The notes beneath the pieces are model-generated. The model was not told where the DNA came from, did not search any database, and worked only from the letters and a program-made list of their open reading frames with translations. A program made the position numbers and the translations under genes. A stretch of DNA of 64,000 nucleotides, from NCBI GenBank assembly GCA_036679645.1, contig JAZDCY010000056.1, positions 75,911 to 139,910 of the forward strand, read 5' to 3'. Within the stretch, counting starts at the first letter, position 1; the number at the start of each line of letters is the position of its first letter. The stretch is from Gemmatimonadota bacterium. GTDB lineage: Bacteria; Gemmatimonadota; Gemmatimonadetes; Gemmatimonadales; GWC2-71-9. Below are positions 1 to 10,490 of the stretch, piece after piece.

Positions 1-166
1 GCGCCACGGCCACGGCCTTCTCCTGTGCCAACCGAAGGGCGTGGGCCCTGGGCGCTTCACCCTGTGCCGGTGTTTCGTCCAGTTGGGCGGGATCGACCTC
101 GTGGGCAATCCCCAGTTTCGTCAACAACTCGGTCCGTCGTGGAGACCTCGATGCCAGAACGATCAT
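1..166 (-). CDS. maf: Maf-like nucleoside triphosphate pyrophosphatase, 5' part only (gene runs off the left edge)
   Basis: Manual minus-strand translation from ATG at 166..164 gives [55 protein letters not shown]. This carries the ASxSPRRxELL N-terminal signature of Maf. There is an ATGA start/stop overlap with dtd. It is absent from the ORF track because the window edge truncates it. Confidence 0.6.
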   Translation of the reverse strand, partial: MIVLASRSPRRTELLTKLGIAHEVDPAQLDETPAQGEAPRAHALRLAQEKAVAVA

Positions 167-600
167 CGTTCCAGCAGCAAGGTGACGGGCCCGTCGTTCA
201 CCAGTGCGACATCCATCATCGCTCCAAAGGTACCCGTTGCCACCTCCACACCCAGCAGTCGCAGGCGCTGCGCGAAACGCTCGCAGAGCGGCCGCGCCAC
301 GTCGGGAGGAGCGGCATGCACGAATGACGGCCGCCGGCCCTTTCGTGCATCGCCATAGAGTGTGAACTGCGAGACCACGAGCACCCCACCGCCTACATCG
401 ACCAGCGATCGGTTCAGCTTGCCTTCGTCATCGGGGAAGAGGCGAAGCGTGAGGATCTTCTCCGCCATCCAGTCGGTCTCGCCCGGACCGTCGCTGTGGG
501 TGATGCCGACCAGCGCCAGGTAGCCCCGCCCAACAGCGCCGACAACGTGACCGTCCACGGTGACGGAGGCTAGGGCGACGCGTTGGAGGACCACCCTCAC
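163..600 (-). CDS. dtd: D-aminoacyl-tRNA deacylase
   Basis: 145-aa ORF beginning MRVVLQRV, with [17 protein letters not shown]. Size and motifs match the Dtd family end to end. Confidence 0.9.
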   Translation of the reverse strand: MRVVLQRVALASVTVDGHVVGAVGRGYLALVGITHSDGPGETDWMAEKILTLRLFPDDEGKLNRSLVDVGGGVLVVSQFTLYGDARKGRRPSFVHAAPPDVARPLCERFAQRLRLLGVEVATGTFGAMMDVALVNDGPVTLLLER

Positions 601-657
601 CTCACCGCCCCGACCCCGCCCCCCAGCCCGGTGGAAAGGCGGAAAGCCTTCCCGGCA

Positions 658-2484
658 TCACTCGACCGTTACCGACTTCGCGAGATTCCTCGGTTTGTCG
701 ACGTCACAGCCGCGCAGGACCGCAATGTGATACGCCAGCAGTTGCAACGGGAGCACCGTCAGAATGGGTGTCAACGAATCGATCGTGTGGGGAATGGCAA
801 TGTAGTGATCGGCCAGTTCCGCGATCTCGTCGTCGCCTTCGGTAATGACGGCAATGATCTGGCCGCGCCGGGCGCGGACCTCCTGCACGTTGGAGACGAT
901 CTTCTGATGGACGCTATCGCGCGGAGCTACCACCACTACCGGCATCTGCTCGTCGATCAGCGCAATGGGACCGTGTTTCATTTCCGCTGCGGGATACCCT
1001 TCCGCGTGGATATACGAGATCTCCTTGAGTTTCAACGCGCCCTCGAGCGCCACCGGGAAGTTGTACCCGCGCCCCAGGTAGAGAGCGTTGGGGACGTCGG
1101 CGAGCCCGCGGGCCAGCTCTTGGATGGCACCGCCCTGCCGCAAGACACGCTCGATCTGGTCGGGAAGCTGCTGGAGCGCAGAGACAATCTCGCGACCCTG
1201 GAGAACCGAGAGTGACCGAAGGCGCCCAATCCGCAGCGTCAGCAAGGCAAGCGCCGTTACCTGACACGTAAAGGCCTTGGTACTCGCCACGCCGATCTCC
1301 GGACCGGCGTGCAGGTAGATCCCGCAATCGGTTTCGCGAGCGATGGTACTGCCAACCACGTTCACGATCCCGGCCGTGCGCGCCCCACGTTGTTTGGCTT
1401 CCCGAATCGCGGCGAGCGTGTCCGCCGTCTCTCCGCTTTGGGAGATCCCGATGACGAGCGTTTTCTCGTCGAGGATGGGATTGCGGTACCGAAACTCCGA
1501 GGCGTACTCGACTTCCACGGGAATCCGCGCCAGCTCCTCCAACAGGTACTCGCCGATCAACGCTGAATGCCAGGACGTGCCGCAAGCCGTGAGCACAATA
1601 CGGTCGATCGCCAGGAGTTCGTCGTCGGACATGGTGATGCCGCCAAGGCGGGCGGTGCCCTCGCCCTCGAGCAGGCGTCCCCGCATCGTGTCGCGCACGC
1701 TGGCGGCCTGCTCCATGATTTCCTTCATCATGAAGTGGTCGTAGCCGCCGCGCTCGACCGTTTCCTGATCCCACTCGATGATGTTCACCGCCTTGTCGAC
1801 CTTCGCGGTGTCGAGATCCAGAATCTGGTAGCCATCGGGCTGCAAAACGGCCACCTCGCCATCGTCCAGGTAAACCACGGACCGAGTGTGCTCGAGCAGC
1901 GCAGCGGCGTCGGACGCGACAAAGTTCTCGCCATCACCCAGCCCTACCAGGATTGGCGAGCCCTTTCGCGCAGCGACGAGCGTGTCGGGATTGCGCGCTG
2001 AGATGACAGCCAGACCGTATGCACCCTCGACCAGGCGGAGCGCGGCTACAACCGCATCTTCCAGAAACTCGCAGTGGTACTCCTCAATCAGGTGCGCAAG
2101 CACCTCGGTGTCGGTTTGCGAGCGGAAGGTGTGGCCACGTTGGGCCAGCATCAGCCGCAGTTCGCTGGCGTTCTCGATGATGCCGTTATGCACGAGCGCG
2201 ATGGTCCCGCCACAGTCGGTGTGCGGGTGCGCGTTCGCCTCGGAGGGGACGCCATGCGTGGCCCATCGCGTGTGAGCGATCACCGTGTGCCCGTCAGGAA
2301 ACGACCCGTTGAGATGCCGCTCGAGCGCGGCAATCCGCCCTTCCGCCCTTTCGACCACGAGCGTCTTGTCCGCCACTGCCGCCAGACCGGCGGAGTCGTA
2401 ACCCCGGTACTCGAGAGTCTTCAGAGCCTCGATCGCAAGGTGTGCGCCGTTCCTGCGACCAACATATCCAACAATTCCACACAT
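658..2484 (-). CDS. glmS: glutamine--fructose-6-phosphate aminotransferase
   Basis: 608 aa. It has the N-terminal MCGIVGY nucleophile Cys, a tandem SIS region and the C-terminal KPRNLAKSVTVE typical of GlmS. Confidence 0.95.
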   Translation of the reverse strand: MCGIVGYVGRRNGAHLAIEALKTLEYRGYDSAGLAAVADKTLVVERAEGRIAALERHLNGSFPDGHTVIAHTRWATHGVPSEANAHPHTDCGGTIALVHNGIIENASELRLMLAQRGHTFRSQTDTEVLAHLIEEYHCEFLEDAVVAALRLVEGAYGLAVISARNPDTLVAARKGSPILVGLGDGENFVASDAAALLEHTRSVVYLDDGEVAVLQPDGYQILDLDTAKVDKAVNIIEWDQETVERGGYDHFMMKEIMEQAASVRDTMRGRLLEGEGTARLGGITMSDDELLAIDRIVLTACGTSWHSALIGEYLLEELARIPVEVEYASEFRYRNPILDEKTLVIGISQSGETADTLAAIREAKQRGARTAGIVNVVGSTIARETDCGIYLHAGPEIGVASTKAFTCQVTALALLTLRIGRLRSLSVLQGREIVSALQQLPDQIERVLRQGGAIQELARGLADVPNALYLGRGYNFPVALEGALKLKEISYIHAEGYPAAEMKHGPIALIDEQMPVVVVAPRDSVHQKIVSNVQEVRARRGQIIAVITEGDDEIAELADHYIAIPHTIDSLTPILTVLPLQLLAYHIAVLRGCDVDKPRNLAKSVTVE

Positions 2485-2498
2485 AGGATTCCCTTGGC

Positions 2499-3860
2499 TT
2501 AGGTGCCGGCGATCGCTTCACGGGCCGCGGCGACGAGATCGTCTGCAGCCTCACGCGTGGGCGCCTCGGCAATGAGCCGAACGATGGGCTCGGTACCCGA
2601 CGGGCGGATGTGCACCCACCGGTCCGGCCACGCGAGGCGTAGCCCATCCTGTCGGTCGCGCTCGGCATCCGGATACTGCTGCTCGAGGTGCTTGTACACC
2701 GGCTGCAGGTCTCCGCCCCGCGGCGCCTTGGCCTTCACGATCGCGTACCGAGGTCGGCTCTCGACCCGTCCCGCTATGGTACTGCCGTCGGCGGCCAGGA
2801 GATCGAGCACCAGGGCAGCCGCCAGTGGGGCGTCGCGCCCGAGATGGAGGACCGGAAGCATCACGCCTCCGTTCCCCTCACCACCGATGACTGCCCCAGC
2901 TGCCTGCATAGCGCGGGCCACGTTCGCCTCGCCCACCGGTGCCCGGGCCACAGACGCCCCGTAGGCGTTCGCCGCATCGTCCACGACCAGCGAGGTCGAG
3001 AGATTCACGACGACCGGGCCGGGCCCCCGCCGGAGCACGTTCTCTACCGCGAACGCGAGTGTGTAGTCCTCTCCGATCGGCGTGCCCATGCCATCGACCA
3101 GGGCAAGCCGGTCCACGTCTGGATCCACCGCCATCCCAAGATTGGCTCCGACCCGACGTACCTCGTCGCCCAATCGCCCTAGGTGCTCCGGGACCGGCTC
3201 AGGGGACCTCGGGAAAAGACCATCGGTTTCGAGGTCGATTCCGACCACCGTGCATCCCAAAGCATCGAGCAGCCTGGGCATTGTGGTGCCACCGGCTCCG
3301 CGCACACAATCGAGAGCGACTGTAAAGTGTTGTGACCTAATGGCTTCCGTGTCGACATACGAGAGGTCGAGGATCTGACTTAGGTGCCGCTCGATCGCAT
3401 CACCATCGGGCACTATTTCGCCAATCCCGTCCCACCCCACCCGCGGAATCGTTCCGTCCGCCCCATCGACCACCTTGCGACCAGTCTCGGCGTCGAGGAA
3501 AAGACCGTCCGCCCCGACGAACTTCAGGGCATTCCACTCGATGGGGTTGTGGCTTGCCGTGATGATTATCGCGCCACCAGCACCATGGTGCTCGACGGCC
3601 AACTGCGCTGTGGGCGTGGGAATCATGCCGCAATCGATTACGCGGCATCCGACAGACTGGAGGCCGGTCCGTGCGGCGGCCGCGAACATGGGCCCGGAGG
3701 TCCGCGAATCGCGCGCGAGCACCACGGCCGGCCGGCCCGCATCCTGGGCTAGCACGCCGAATGCCGCCGCGTAGCGCGCGACGATATCGGGGGTGAGATC
3801 GGTGCCGACGATACCGCGTACGCCGGACACGGAGATGATCAGAGTCGAATTGCCGGGCAT
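2499..3860 (-). CDS. glmM: phosphoglucosamine mutase (phosphohexomutase family)
   Basis: 453 aa with the active-site ITASHNPIEWNALKF (phosphoserine loop) and an SVSGVRGIVG N-terminus. It lies 14 nt upstream of glmS on the same strand. Confidence 0.8.
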   Translation of the reverse strand: MPGNSTLIISVSGVRGIVGTDLTPDIVARYAAAFGVLAQDAGRPAVVLARDSRTSGPMFAAAARTGLQSVGCRVIDCGMIPTPTAQLAVEHHGAGGAIIITASHNPIEWNALKFVGADGLFLDAETGRKVVDGADGTIPRVGWDGIGEIVPDGDAIERHLSQILDLSYVDTEAIRSQHFTVALDCVRGAGGTTMPRLLDALGCTVVGIDLETDGLFPRSPEPVPEHLGRLGDEVRRVGANLGMAVDPDVDRLALVDGMGTPIGEDYTLAFAVENVLRRGPGPVVVNLSTSLVVDDAANAYGASVARAPVGEANVARAMQAAGAVIGGEGNGGVMLPVLHLGRDAPLAAALVLDLLAADGSTIAGRVESRPRYAIVKAKAPRGGDLQPVYKHLEQQYPDAERDRQDGLRLAWPDRWVHIRPSGTEPIVRLIAEAPTREAADDLVAAAREAIAGT

Positions 3861-3877
3861 TCCTGCCCTTGAAGGAA

Positions 3878-5059
3878 TTAGCCGGTGGCAGGAACCGCAA
3901 TACCCGCGCCAGCCAGGCGGCGCGGCAGACGGCGCCAGGCCCGCCGTGGCGTCGCGATGGGCAGGATACCTATCTCCGGATAAGCGGCGACGAACGTAGC
4001 CACGATCGTCTGGTCGAACTGGGCCCCGCTGTTGGCGCTGAGTTCTCTCAGTGCGGTATCTGGGCTCATGCTCGGACGGTACGACCGAACGGTCGTCATC
4101 GCATCAAAGGCATCGACAACCGACACCAGCCTCGCGTTGAGGGGAATCTCCTCACCCTTCAGCCCGTCGGGCAGGCCGCGGCCGTCCATCCGCTCGTGGT
4201 GAGACCTGACCGTGCCGAGGACAGCCGGCACGTCCCGCAGAAGCGGAGCCATGATACGCGCCCCGATCACCGTGTGTTGCATGATGTAGCGGTATTCCTC
4301 CTCGCTGAGGGCGCCCTGTTTGTTCAGGATGGCCTCCGACACGCCGATCTTGCCCACGTCGTGCAGTTCCGCGCCCAGCTCCACGAGCTGCACCTCGTCT
4401 TCCTCGAAACCAAGCCGGCGGGCCACGGCCCCGGCGTATGCGGCGACCCGCGTCGAGTGGCCCTGCGTGTACTGGTCCTTGGCCTCGAGCGCGTGTACGA
4501 TGCTCTGAATGCCCTCGAGGAATAGCTCCTCAATGCGCAACCCCTGCTGCTGCACGAGTTCTGTGAGGCGGCGCTGATAACGCTGGTTTTCTAGCACCAG
4601 CCGCCGTTTCTCGGCCGCCTGAAGGACGCGGGCGTGAACCTCCTCGAGCTGAAACGGTTTGGCGATATAGTCATAGGCCCCTCGCCGCAGGCACCCGACA
4701 GCTGTCTCGACGTCGGACACGCCGGTTATCATGATCACGGCTACGTCCGGGTAGACTCGCCGCACCCGCTCGAGTAGCTCGATGCCGTTCATTTCCGGCA
4801 TCCGGACATCCGAGAGCACGACGTCGATGTCGGTGGAATCGAGGATCCCCAACGCCTGCCTCCCGGAAGAGGCTGCGATGCAGTCGTGCCCGAGTGCGCG
4901 GAGCGAGCCGAGAAGCGCGGATCGCAGCGTGGGATGGTCGTCGACGACCAGGCACTTGATCCCGGTCGCCGCCGCGCACGGGTGGGTCGGAGGTCGCGCC
5001 TTCTCAGACGCTCGCTTGCCGGTGGAAGAGCGCTCGATGTAGCTTCTCCCGTCACTCAC
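3878..5059 (-). CDS. response regulator with HD-GYP domain (c-di-GMP phosphodiesterase type)
   Basis: Receiver domain: KCLVVDDHP...DVVLSDVRMPEMNG. HD-GYP domain: HSTRVA, ELHDVGKIG, HHERMDGRGLPDGL. The ORF track extends to 5305, but that extension overlaps the divergent PLP gene. I chose the in-frame GTG at 5059, which follows GGAGG (5074..5070). The start remains uncertain. Confidence 0.8.
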   Translation of the reverse strand: MSDGRSYIERSSTGKRASEKARPPTHPCAAATGIKCLVVDDHPTLRSALLGSLRALGHDCIAASSGRQALGILDSTDIDVVLSDVRMPEMNGIELLERVRRVYPDVAVIMITGVSDVETAVGCLRRGAYDYIAKPFQLEEVHARVLQAAEKRRLVLENQRYQRRLTELVQQQGLRIEELFLEGIQSIVHALEAKDQYTQGHSTRVAAYAGAVARRLGFEEDEVQLVELGAELHDVGKIGVSEAILNKQGALSEEEYRYIMQHTVIGARIMAPLLRDVPAVLGTVRSHHERMDGRGLPDGLKGEEIPLNARLVSVVDAFDAMTTVRSYRPSMSPDTALRELSANSGAQFDQTIVATFVAAYPEIGILPIATPRRAWRRLPRRLAGAGIAVPATG

Positions 5060-5077
5060 GCTTCGGCGACCTCCTAG

Positions 5078-6253
5078 ATGGCACGCGTATACGACGAGGA
5101 TCTCCAGTTCGGCTTCAGCACGCGCAGCGTGCATGCCGGTCAGCGACCCGATGCGGTCTCGGGGGCAATCATGCCGCCCATCTATCAGACCTCGACCTAC
5201 GTCCAGGATGGTCTGGGGCGACACAAGGGATTCGAGTACGCGCGTACCCGAAACCCGACCCGGGATGTGCTGGAACGCAACATCGCGGCGTTGGAAGGTG
5301 GGCAATACGGTCTCGCCTGGTCTTCCGGTCTCGCCGCGACCGACGCGGTCCTGAAGCTATTATCGGCCGGGGACCACACTATCTGTGGCGAGAACGTCTA
5401 CGGTGGCACGCACCGGCTCATGGAGCAGGTTTTTCGGCCGCTCGGACTCACCTTCTCATTTGTAGACACGAGGGACGTCGAGCACGTTGAGGCCGCCATC
5501 GGGTCCACCACCCGGATGGTATTCATAGAGACCCCGACCAACCCGATGATGCGGCTCGCCGACCTGTCGGCCATCGGCGAGTTGACCCGCGCGAAGGGTC
5601 TCATGTTCGTGGTGGACAACACGTTTGCCACCCCGTACCTGCAGCGCCCGCTCGAGTTTGGGGCCGACCTGGTGCTGCACTCCACGACCAAGTATCTGAA
5701 CGGTCACAGCGACATGGTCGGTGGAGTGATAGTCACGTCGGACGCCGACCTGGCCGACCGGCTCGCCTTTCTCCAGAACGCGGCCGGGGCGATCCCGGGC
5801 CCGATGGACTGCTGGCTGGCACTGCGCGGCACCAAGACGCTGGCGCTGCGGATGCGCCAGCACGACAGCTCGGGGCGCCAGATCGCGGCCTGGCTGGACG
5901 CGCACCCGAAGGTGGAAACGGTCTACTACCCAGGACTCGAGAGCCATCCCCAGTACGAGCTCGCCTGCCGTCAGATGCGGGGGTTCGGCGGGATGGTATC
6001 GCTGGAACTCGGTTCGCTGGAACGGGCACGTGCCTTTGCCGAAGGCACGAAGATCTTCTCCCTGGCCGAGTCCCTGGGGGGAGTGGAGAGCCTCATTGGC
6101 CATCCTGCCAGCATGACACATGCGTCCGTGCCGAAAGAGATGCGGGAGGCCATGGGACTCACTGACGGGCTCGTCCGACTCTCGGTGGGCATCGAAGAGC
6201 TGGACGATCTGCTGGCCGATCTGGAACAGACGATCAGTGGGATGGATGGTTGA
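5078..6253 (+). CDS. Cys/Met-metabolism PLP enzyme (cystathionine gamma-synthase/lyase family)
   Basis: 391 aa. Family-typical N-terminus FSTRSVHAGQ...PIYQTSTY and PLP-lysine motif STTKYLNGHSD. Confidence 0.85.
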   Translation: MARVYDEDLQFGFSTRSVHAGQRPDAVSGAIMPPIYQTSTYVQDGLGRHKGFEYARTRNPTRDVLERNIAALEGGQYGLAWSSGLAATDAVLKLLSAGDHTICGENVYGGTHRLMEQVFRPLGLTFSFVDTRDVEHVEAAIGSTTRMVFIETPTNPMMRLADLSAIGELTRAKGLMFVVDNTFATPYLQRPLEFGADLVLHSTTKYLNGHSDMVGGVIVTSDADLADRLAFLQNAAGAIPGPMDCWLALRGTKTLALRMRQHDSSGRQIAAWLDAHPKVETVYYPGLESHPQYELACRQMRGFGGMVSLELGSLERARAFAEGTKIFSLAESLGGVESLIGHPASMTHASVPKEMREAMGLTDGLVRLSVGIEELDDLLADLEQTISGMDG

Positions 6254-6360
6254 CCGATGAACCCTGCCAAATTCCGTCTCGCTGAAACCGGCCTTTCAGC
6301 TTTGCGTATGGTTTTGCAGGAAGCAGCAGAACCTCAACACCACGGTTTCCGGAGGCACTC

Positions 6361-7371
6361 ATGAGCGAAGCCACAGGTACTCCCACGGCCCGGCCGCGGG
6401 TAGTCCTGAAGGAGATCGCGCCAGACGCTTGGGAGCACTCGGCGGACCGCGCTGCGCTGAATGCGCTGCGCAAGGTTCCCGGGTTCGACGAGGCGGTCAA
6501 GCGCGTCTTTGGCTTTTTTGGCGAGCGCGGCATCCGCCTCATGTTCCAGGCGAACGCCGTCCGCGTTGGTCCCAAGCAGTTCCTCAAACTGCACCAGCTT
6601 CTGACCGAGGCGTGCGTGACCATGGACTGGGACGACCCGCCAGAGCTGTACGTCACCCAGACCCCCATGGTGAACGCCGGTGCGGTCGGGTTCGAGCATC
6701 CCTTCATTGTGATCAACTCGGGCGCGGTGAGCTTGCTCAACGACGACGAGATGCGCGTGCTGATCGGGCACGAGCTCGGGCACGTGATGAGCGGTCACGC
6801 GTTGTATCGGACGATCACGATCCTGATCCTGATGCTCGGGTTCCAGAACTTGCCCTTCCTGGCCGGTATCGCACTGATGCCCATCAAGCTGGCCCTGCTC
6901 GAGTGGTATCGGAAAAGCGAGCTATCGGCCGATCGCGCCGGCTTGCTCGCGAGCCAGGACCCTGACTCCTCGAAACGGCTGTTCCTCAAGTTCGCCGGTG
7001 GCGGTGACATGGAGCAGATGAACCTCGAGGCCTTCATGGAGCAGGCCCAGGAGTACGAAGAGAGTGGTGGCCCCCTCGATGCCATCTACAAGATCCTCAA
7101 CACCATGGGGATGACCCATCCGTTCAGCACGCTGCGCGCTGCTGAGGTGCAGCGGTGGATCGAGTCGGGAACGTACGAGGAGATCCTGGGCGGGACCTAC
7201 GAGCGTCGCGGGGCTGAGCAACAACAGGCGCACTCGTACGCGGGCGACCTGAAGGATGCCGCCACCCACTACGGGCAGGAAGTGAAGGACGTGGCGTCAT
7301 CAGTCACCGACGCCGCCAAGCGGGCGGCCGAAGCATTCACCTCGGCCTTCAAGGACTCCCGCAAGGAGTGA
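6361..7371 (+). CDS. M48-family zinc metallopeptidase
   Basis: 336 aa. HExxH in LIGHELGHVMSGHALY, followed by a hydrophobic segment and ELSADRAG, as in M48/HtpX-like peptidases. Confidence 0.8.
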   Translation: MSEATGTPTARPRVVLKEIAPDAWEHSADRAALNALRKVPGFDEAVKRVFGFFGERGIRLMFQANAVRVGPKQFLKLHQLLTEACVTMDWDDPPELYVTQTPMVNAGAVGFEHPFIVINSGAVSLLNDDEMRVLIGHELGHVMSGHALYRTITILILMLGFQNLPFLAGIALMPIKLALLEWYRKSELSADRAGLLASQDPDSSKRLFLKFAGGGDMEQMNLEAFMEQAQEYEESGGPLDAIYKILNTMGMTHPFSTLRAAEVQRWIESGTYEEILGGTYERRGAEQQQAHSYAGDLKDAATHYGQEVKDVASSVTDAAKRAAEAFTSAFKDSRKE

Positions 7372-8639
7372 GGGTCCTAGTTGTCGGCGGGGGCGGCCGC
7401 GAGCACGCTCTCTGCTGGGCGCTGCGGTCCGGCGCTGAGATCTTCTGCGCTCCCGGCAACGCCGGTACCGACAACCACGCCACGAATCTGGCCGTAGACG
7501 TCTCCGATCACGATGCGGTGATCGAGACGATCGTTTCCCACCACATAGATCTCACTGTAGTGGGCCCCGAGGCGCCGCTGGCGGCGGGGCTCGCCGACCG
7601 TCTGGCGGCCGCCGGCCGGGCGGTGTTCGGGCCCTCGGCAGGAGCTGCGCAGATCGAGGCATCAAAAGCATTCGCCAAGAGGGTCATGACGGACGCCGGC
7701 GTTCCAACGGCGGCCGCGGCGGTCTTTACGAACGCAGATAAGGCCATCGGATACATCAGAGGACATGATGAGCCCTTGGTCGTGAAGGCGTCCGGGCTCG
7801 CAGGTGGCAAGGGTGCCGTCGTCTGCCAGACGCGGGCGGAAGCCATCGCCGCCGCCACCGCCATGTTCGGTGGCCGCTTCGGGGACGCCGGAGCGGAGGT
7901 CGTCGTGGAAGATCTTCTCGTGGGCGAGGAACTGTCGGTCTTCGCGCTGACCGACGGCGAGCAGTGCTGTCTCCTCCCCGCGTCGCAGGATCACAAGCGG
8001 ATCGGCGAAGGTGACACGGGACCCAACACCGGCGGGATGGGGGCCTACGCGCCCGTGTCGATCGCGACCCCGGATCTCATGGCGCGGGTTGAGCGAGAGG
8101 TCATCCTCCCTACCTTACGGCAACTGAGCGAGCTGGGCACCCCGTATCGCGGCGTGCTGTACGCCGGCCTCATGATCTCGCCGGCCGGCGACCTGTCCGT
8201 GATCGAGTTCAATTGCCGATTCGGCGATCCCGAGACGCAGGTAGTCCTGCCGGTCATCGAGGGCGACCTGCTGGATCAACTCTGGCGTATCGGCGCAGGC
8301 GAGGACTGGACCCCGCCGAAGCTTCCCGCGGCACGAGCGGCAGTCACGACGGTCGTGGCCGCGGCCGGGTATCCGGACACACCTGAGAAGGGCGCCGTCA
8401 TCAACATCCCGCGAATCACCCCGGACGACACTGTGCTCTTTCACGCTGGCACCGGTAAGGACGCGGACGGAACGCTGCGCGTCTCCGGCGGGCGGGTACT
8501 GTGTGCCACCGGGTTCGGACCGACCGTGGCGCAGGCGGCTGAAGCGAGTCGCACGCTCGCAGACGCGATCGAATTCGAGGGCGCGCAATACCGGCGCGAC
8601 ATCGCCTGGCGAGAGGTCGCCCGTGCCGGAGTTGCCTGA
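7368..8639 (+). CDS. purD: phosphoribosylamine--glycine ligase
   Basis: 423 aa with an MRVLVVGGGGREHAL N-terminus and PurD ATP-grasp core. GTGA overlap with the upstream stop. Confidence 0.95.
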   Translation: MRVLVVGGGGREHALCWALRSGAEIFCAPGNAGTDNHATNLAVDVSDHDAVIETIVSHHIDLTVVGPEAPLAAGLADRLAAAGRAVFGPSAGAAQIEASKAFAKRVMTDAGVPTAAAAVFTNADKAIGYIRGHDEPLVVKASGLAGGKGAVVCQTRAEAIAAATAMFGGRFGDAGAEVVVEDLLVGEELSVFALTDGEQCCLLPASQDHKRIGEGDTGPNTGGMGAYAPVSIATPDLMARVEREVILPTLRQLSELGTPYRGVLYAGLMISPAGDLSVIEFNCRFGDPETQVVLPVIEGDLLDQLWRIGAGEDWTPPKLPAARAAVTTVVAAAGYPDTPEKGAVINIPRITPDDTVLFHAGTGKDADGTLRVSGGRVLCATGFGPTVAQAAEASRTLADAIEFEGAQYRRDIAWREVARAGVA

Positions 8640-9474
8640 AGTCGAGACCATCGTTCGCGACCTCGCCCCACGCATCACCGGCCGTACGCTCACCAACCCC
8701 AGGCTCCATCACACCAACGTGCTCCGCCGCGTGTCGCGCGCCCGCTTACTGCGTACGCTGCGACGAAATGTGATCGCCGGCATCTCACGCCGGGCGAAGC
8801 ACATGGTGATACTGCTCGAGAGCGGGCACCGCGTGGTCATTCAGCCACGGATGACCGGCTCGCTGGTGGTCTACGAGCGGCGTCTGCGAGCGGCCGAGCG
8901 CCGTTACGCGGTGCTGCAGGCCGGCCTGGGGGCGGGCCGGTCTCTGGTCTTTAGCGACATACGCCGTCTCGGCACGATAGAACTCTTGGATGAGAAGGGG
9001 TGGCAGTCCTATACTGCTGGCATTGGGCCCGAACCACTCGACGACGATTTCGACGTCGCTGCCTTTCGAGCGCGGATTCACGGGAGCCGTCAGGCGATCA
9101 AGAAAGTGCTCATGGACCAGCGAAAAATCGCCGGGGTGGGAAACATCTACGCCAACGAGGCGCTCTTCCGCGCCGGCATCGATCCTTCGCGACGCGCCGA
9201 CCGTGTGGACCGCGCTGCGGCTACGCGCCTCCATGGGGCCGTGCGCGAGGTGCTGTCCGAAGCCCTCGCCGCCCGCGGAACCACGCTCCGCGACTACAGG
9301 ACCGGCACCGGCGGCAAGGGGTCTTTCCAATTCGCCCTCCAGGTGTACGGCCGCGCCGGGGAGCCGTGCGTGCGTTGCGGCACCGCGCTGGCGGTTACGC
9401 ACGAGATCGACGGTCGGCAGACGACCTTCTGCTGGCGCTGTCAGGGTGGTCGGAGTCCGACGGAGCGCACGTGA
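8623..9474 (+). CDS. mutM: formamidopyrimidine-DNA glycosylase
   Basis: The in-frame GTG at 8623 gives VPELPEVETIVRDL, the Fpg catalytic N-terminus. There is a C-terminal zinc finger CVRCG...FCWRCQ. The ORF-track start at 8503 is an extension overlapping purD. Confidence 0.9.
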   Translation: MPELPEVETIVRDLAPRITGRTLTNPRLHHTNVLRRVSRARLLRTLRRNVIAGISRRAKHMVILLESGHRVVIQPRMTGSLVVYERRLRAAERRYAVLQAGLGAGRSLVFSDIRRLGTIELLDEKGWQSYTAGIGPEPLDDDFDVAAFRARIHGSRQAIKKVLMDQRKIAGVGNIYANEALFRAGIDPSRRADRVDRAAATRLHGAVREVLSEALAARGTTLRDYRTGTGGKGSFQFALQVYGRAGEPCVRCGTALAVTHEIDGRQTTFCWRCQGGRSPTERT

Positions 9475-10490
9475 AGGTAGCCGTCGTGTTCGATACTCCC
9501 AGCGCGGGGTGGACGCACGACGATTTCATCAAGGAGGTAGTCGCCCAAGTCGAGGAACCCGAGTATGAGATCGCCGAAGCGTTGCTCGCTTACGAGTACG
9601 ACGTCCGGCTGATCGGTGTTCACGACGATCTCCATGCGCTCGCGGAGCAACTCGCCGAGTACGATCCCGATCTCGTGTTCAACTGCGCGGAGGGATTCCA
9701 CGAGCAACCCAACCTAGACTACGTTTTTCCCGCCATCTTCGAAGCCGAGGGATACCGGTACACCGGCGCCCCCCCGGCTGGGCTGTTGTTGACGCGGAAC
9801 AAGGCGATGCACAAGAAGGTGCTCGCGTACCACGGCATCAGCGTGCCGGCGTTCAGGACATGGCGACTGACAGAGAACATCGATGGCCCACCAGACGATC
9901 TGCGGTTCCCGTTGATCGTCAAGCCGCTCGGGGAAGACGCGTCCGCCGGTATCTCTCAGGCGTCGGTCGTGTCCACGCCTGACGCGCTGGCAGAGCGCGT
10001 CGCGTTCGTTCACGAGAAATTCTCGCAGCCCGCGATTGCCGAAGAGTTCGTCGAGGGACGTGAGTTGTACGTGAGCATGGTTGGCAACGGTGACGGGGTC
10101 CAGATCCTCCCCATCATCGAGATGGTCTTCGACAAGGAGTTGACGAAACCCGAGGAACGGATCGCCACGAGGAGCGCTAAGTGGAATGTGCCGTACCGTA
10201 CGCGGAAGGGCATAAAGAACGTGTTTGCACGACCGCTCGCGCAGGTTACACAGCGGCGCATCGACGAAGTCTGTCGCACGGCGTTTCGTGCGCTGTGGCT
10301 CCACGACTACGCGCGATTCGACGTCCGCGTGAGTCCCGACAACGAGGTCTGGGTCATCGAGGCAAATGCGAATCCGTTCATCAGCTTCGGACATGACATG
10401 GCCAACTCCGCGGAGAAAGCGGGTATGGACTACTACGCCTTCATCGACCGGATCGTCCGGGAAGCGATGAGCCGGTATGAAGCGGCGTAG
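9471..10490 (+). CDS. ATP-grasp ligase, D-alanine--D-alanine ligase-like family
   Basis: GTG at 9471 (GTGA overlap with the mutM stop) gives VKVAVVFDTPS. ATP-grasp motifs: FPLIVKPLGEDASAGIS, EEFVEGRELYVSMVGN, ARFDVRV...VWVIEANANP. Confidence 0.75.
   Translation: MKVAVVFDTPSAGWTHDDFIKEVVAQVEEPEYEIAEALLAYEYDVRLIGVHDDLHALAEQLAEYDPDLVFNCAEGFHEQPNLDYVFPAIFEAEGYRYTGAPPAGLLLTRNKAMHKKVLAYHGISVPAFRTWRLTENIDGPPDDLRFPLIVKPLGEDASAGISQASVVSTPDALAERVAFVHEKFSQPAIAEEFVEGRELYVSMVGNGDGVQILPIIEMVFDKELTKPEERIATRSAKWNVPYRTRKGIKNVFARPLAQVTQRRIDEVCRTAFRALWLHDYARFDVRVSPDNEVWVIEANANPFISFGHDMANSAEKAGMDYYAFIDRIVREAMSRYEAA

Noticed and set aside
2485-2498. glmS ribozyme or another leader upstream of glmS
   Set aside because: Only 14 nt separate glmM and glmS, so there is no room for a structured RNA.
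5060-5305. Long version of the response-regulator ORF
   Set aside because: The extra ~80 codons overlap the divergent PLP gene and lack receiver-domain similarity. The GTG at 5059 with an upstream GGAGG fits better.
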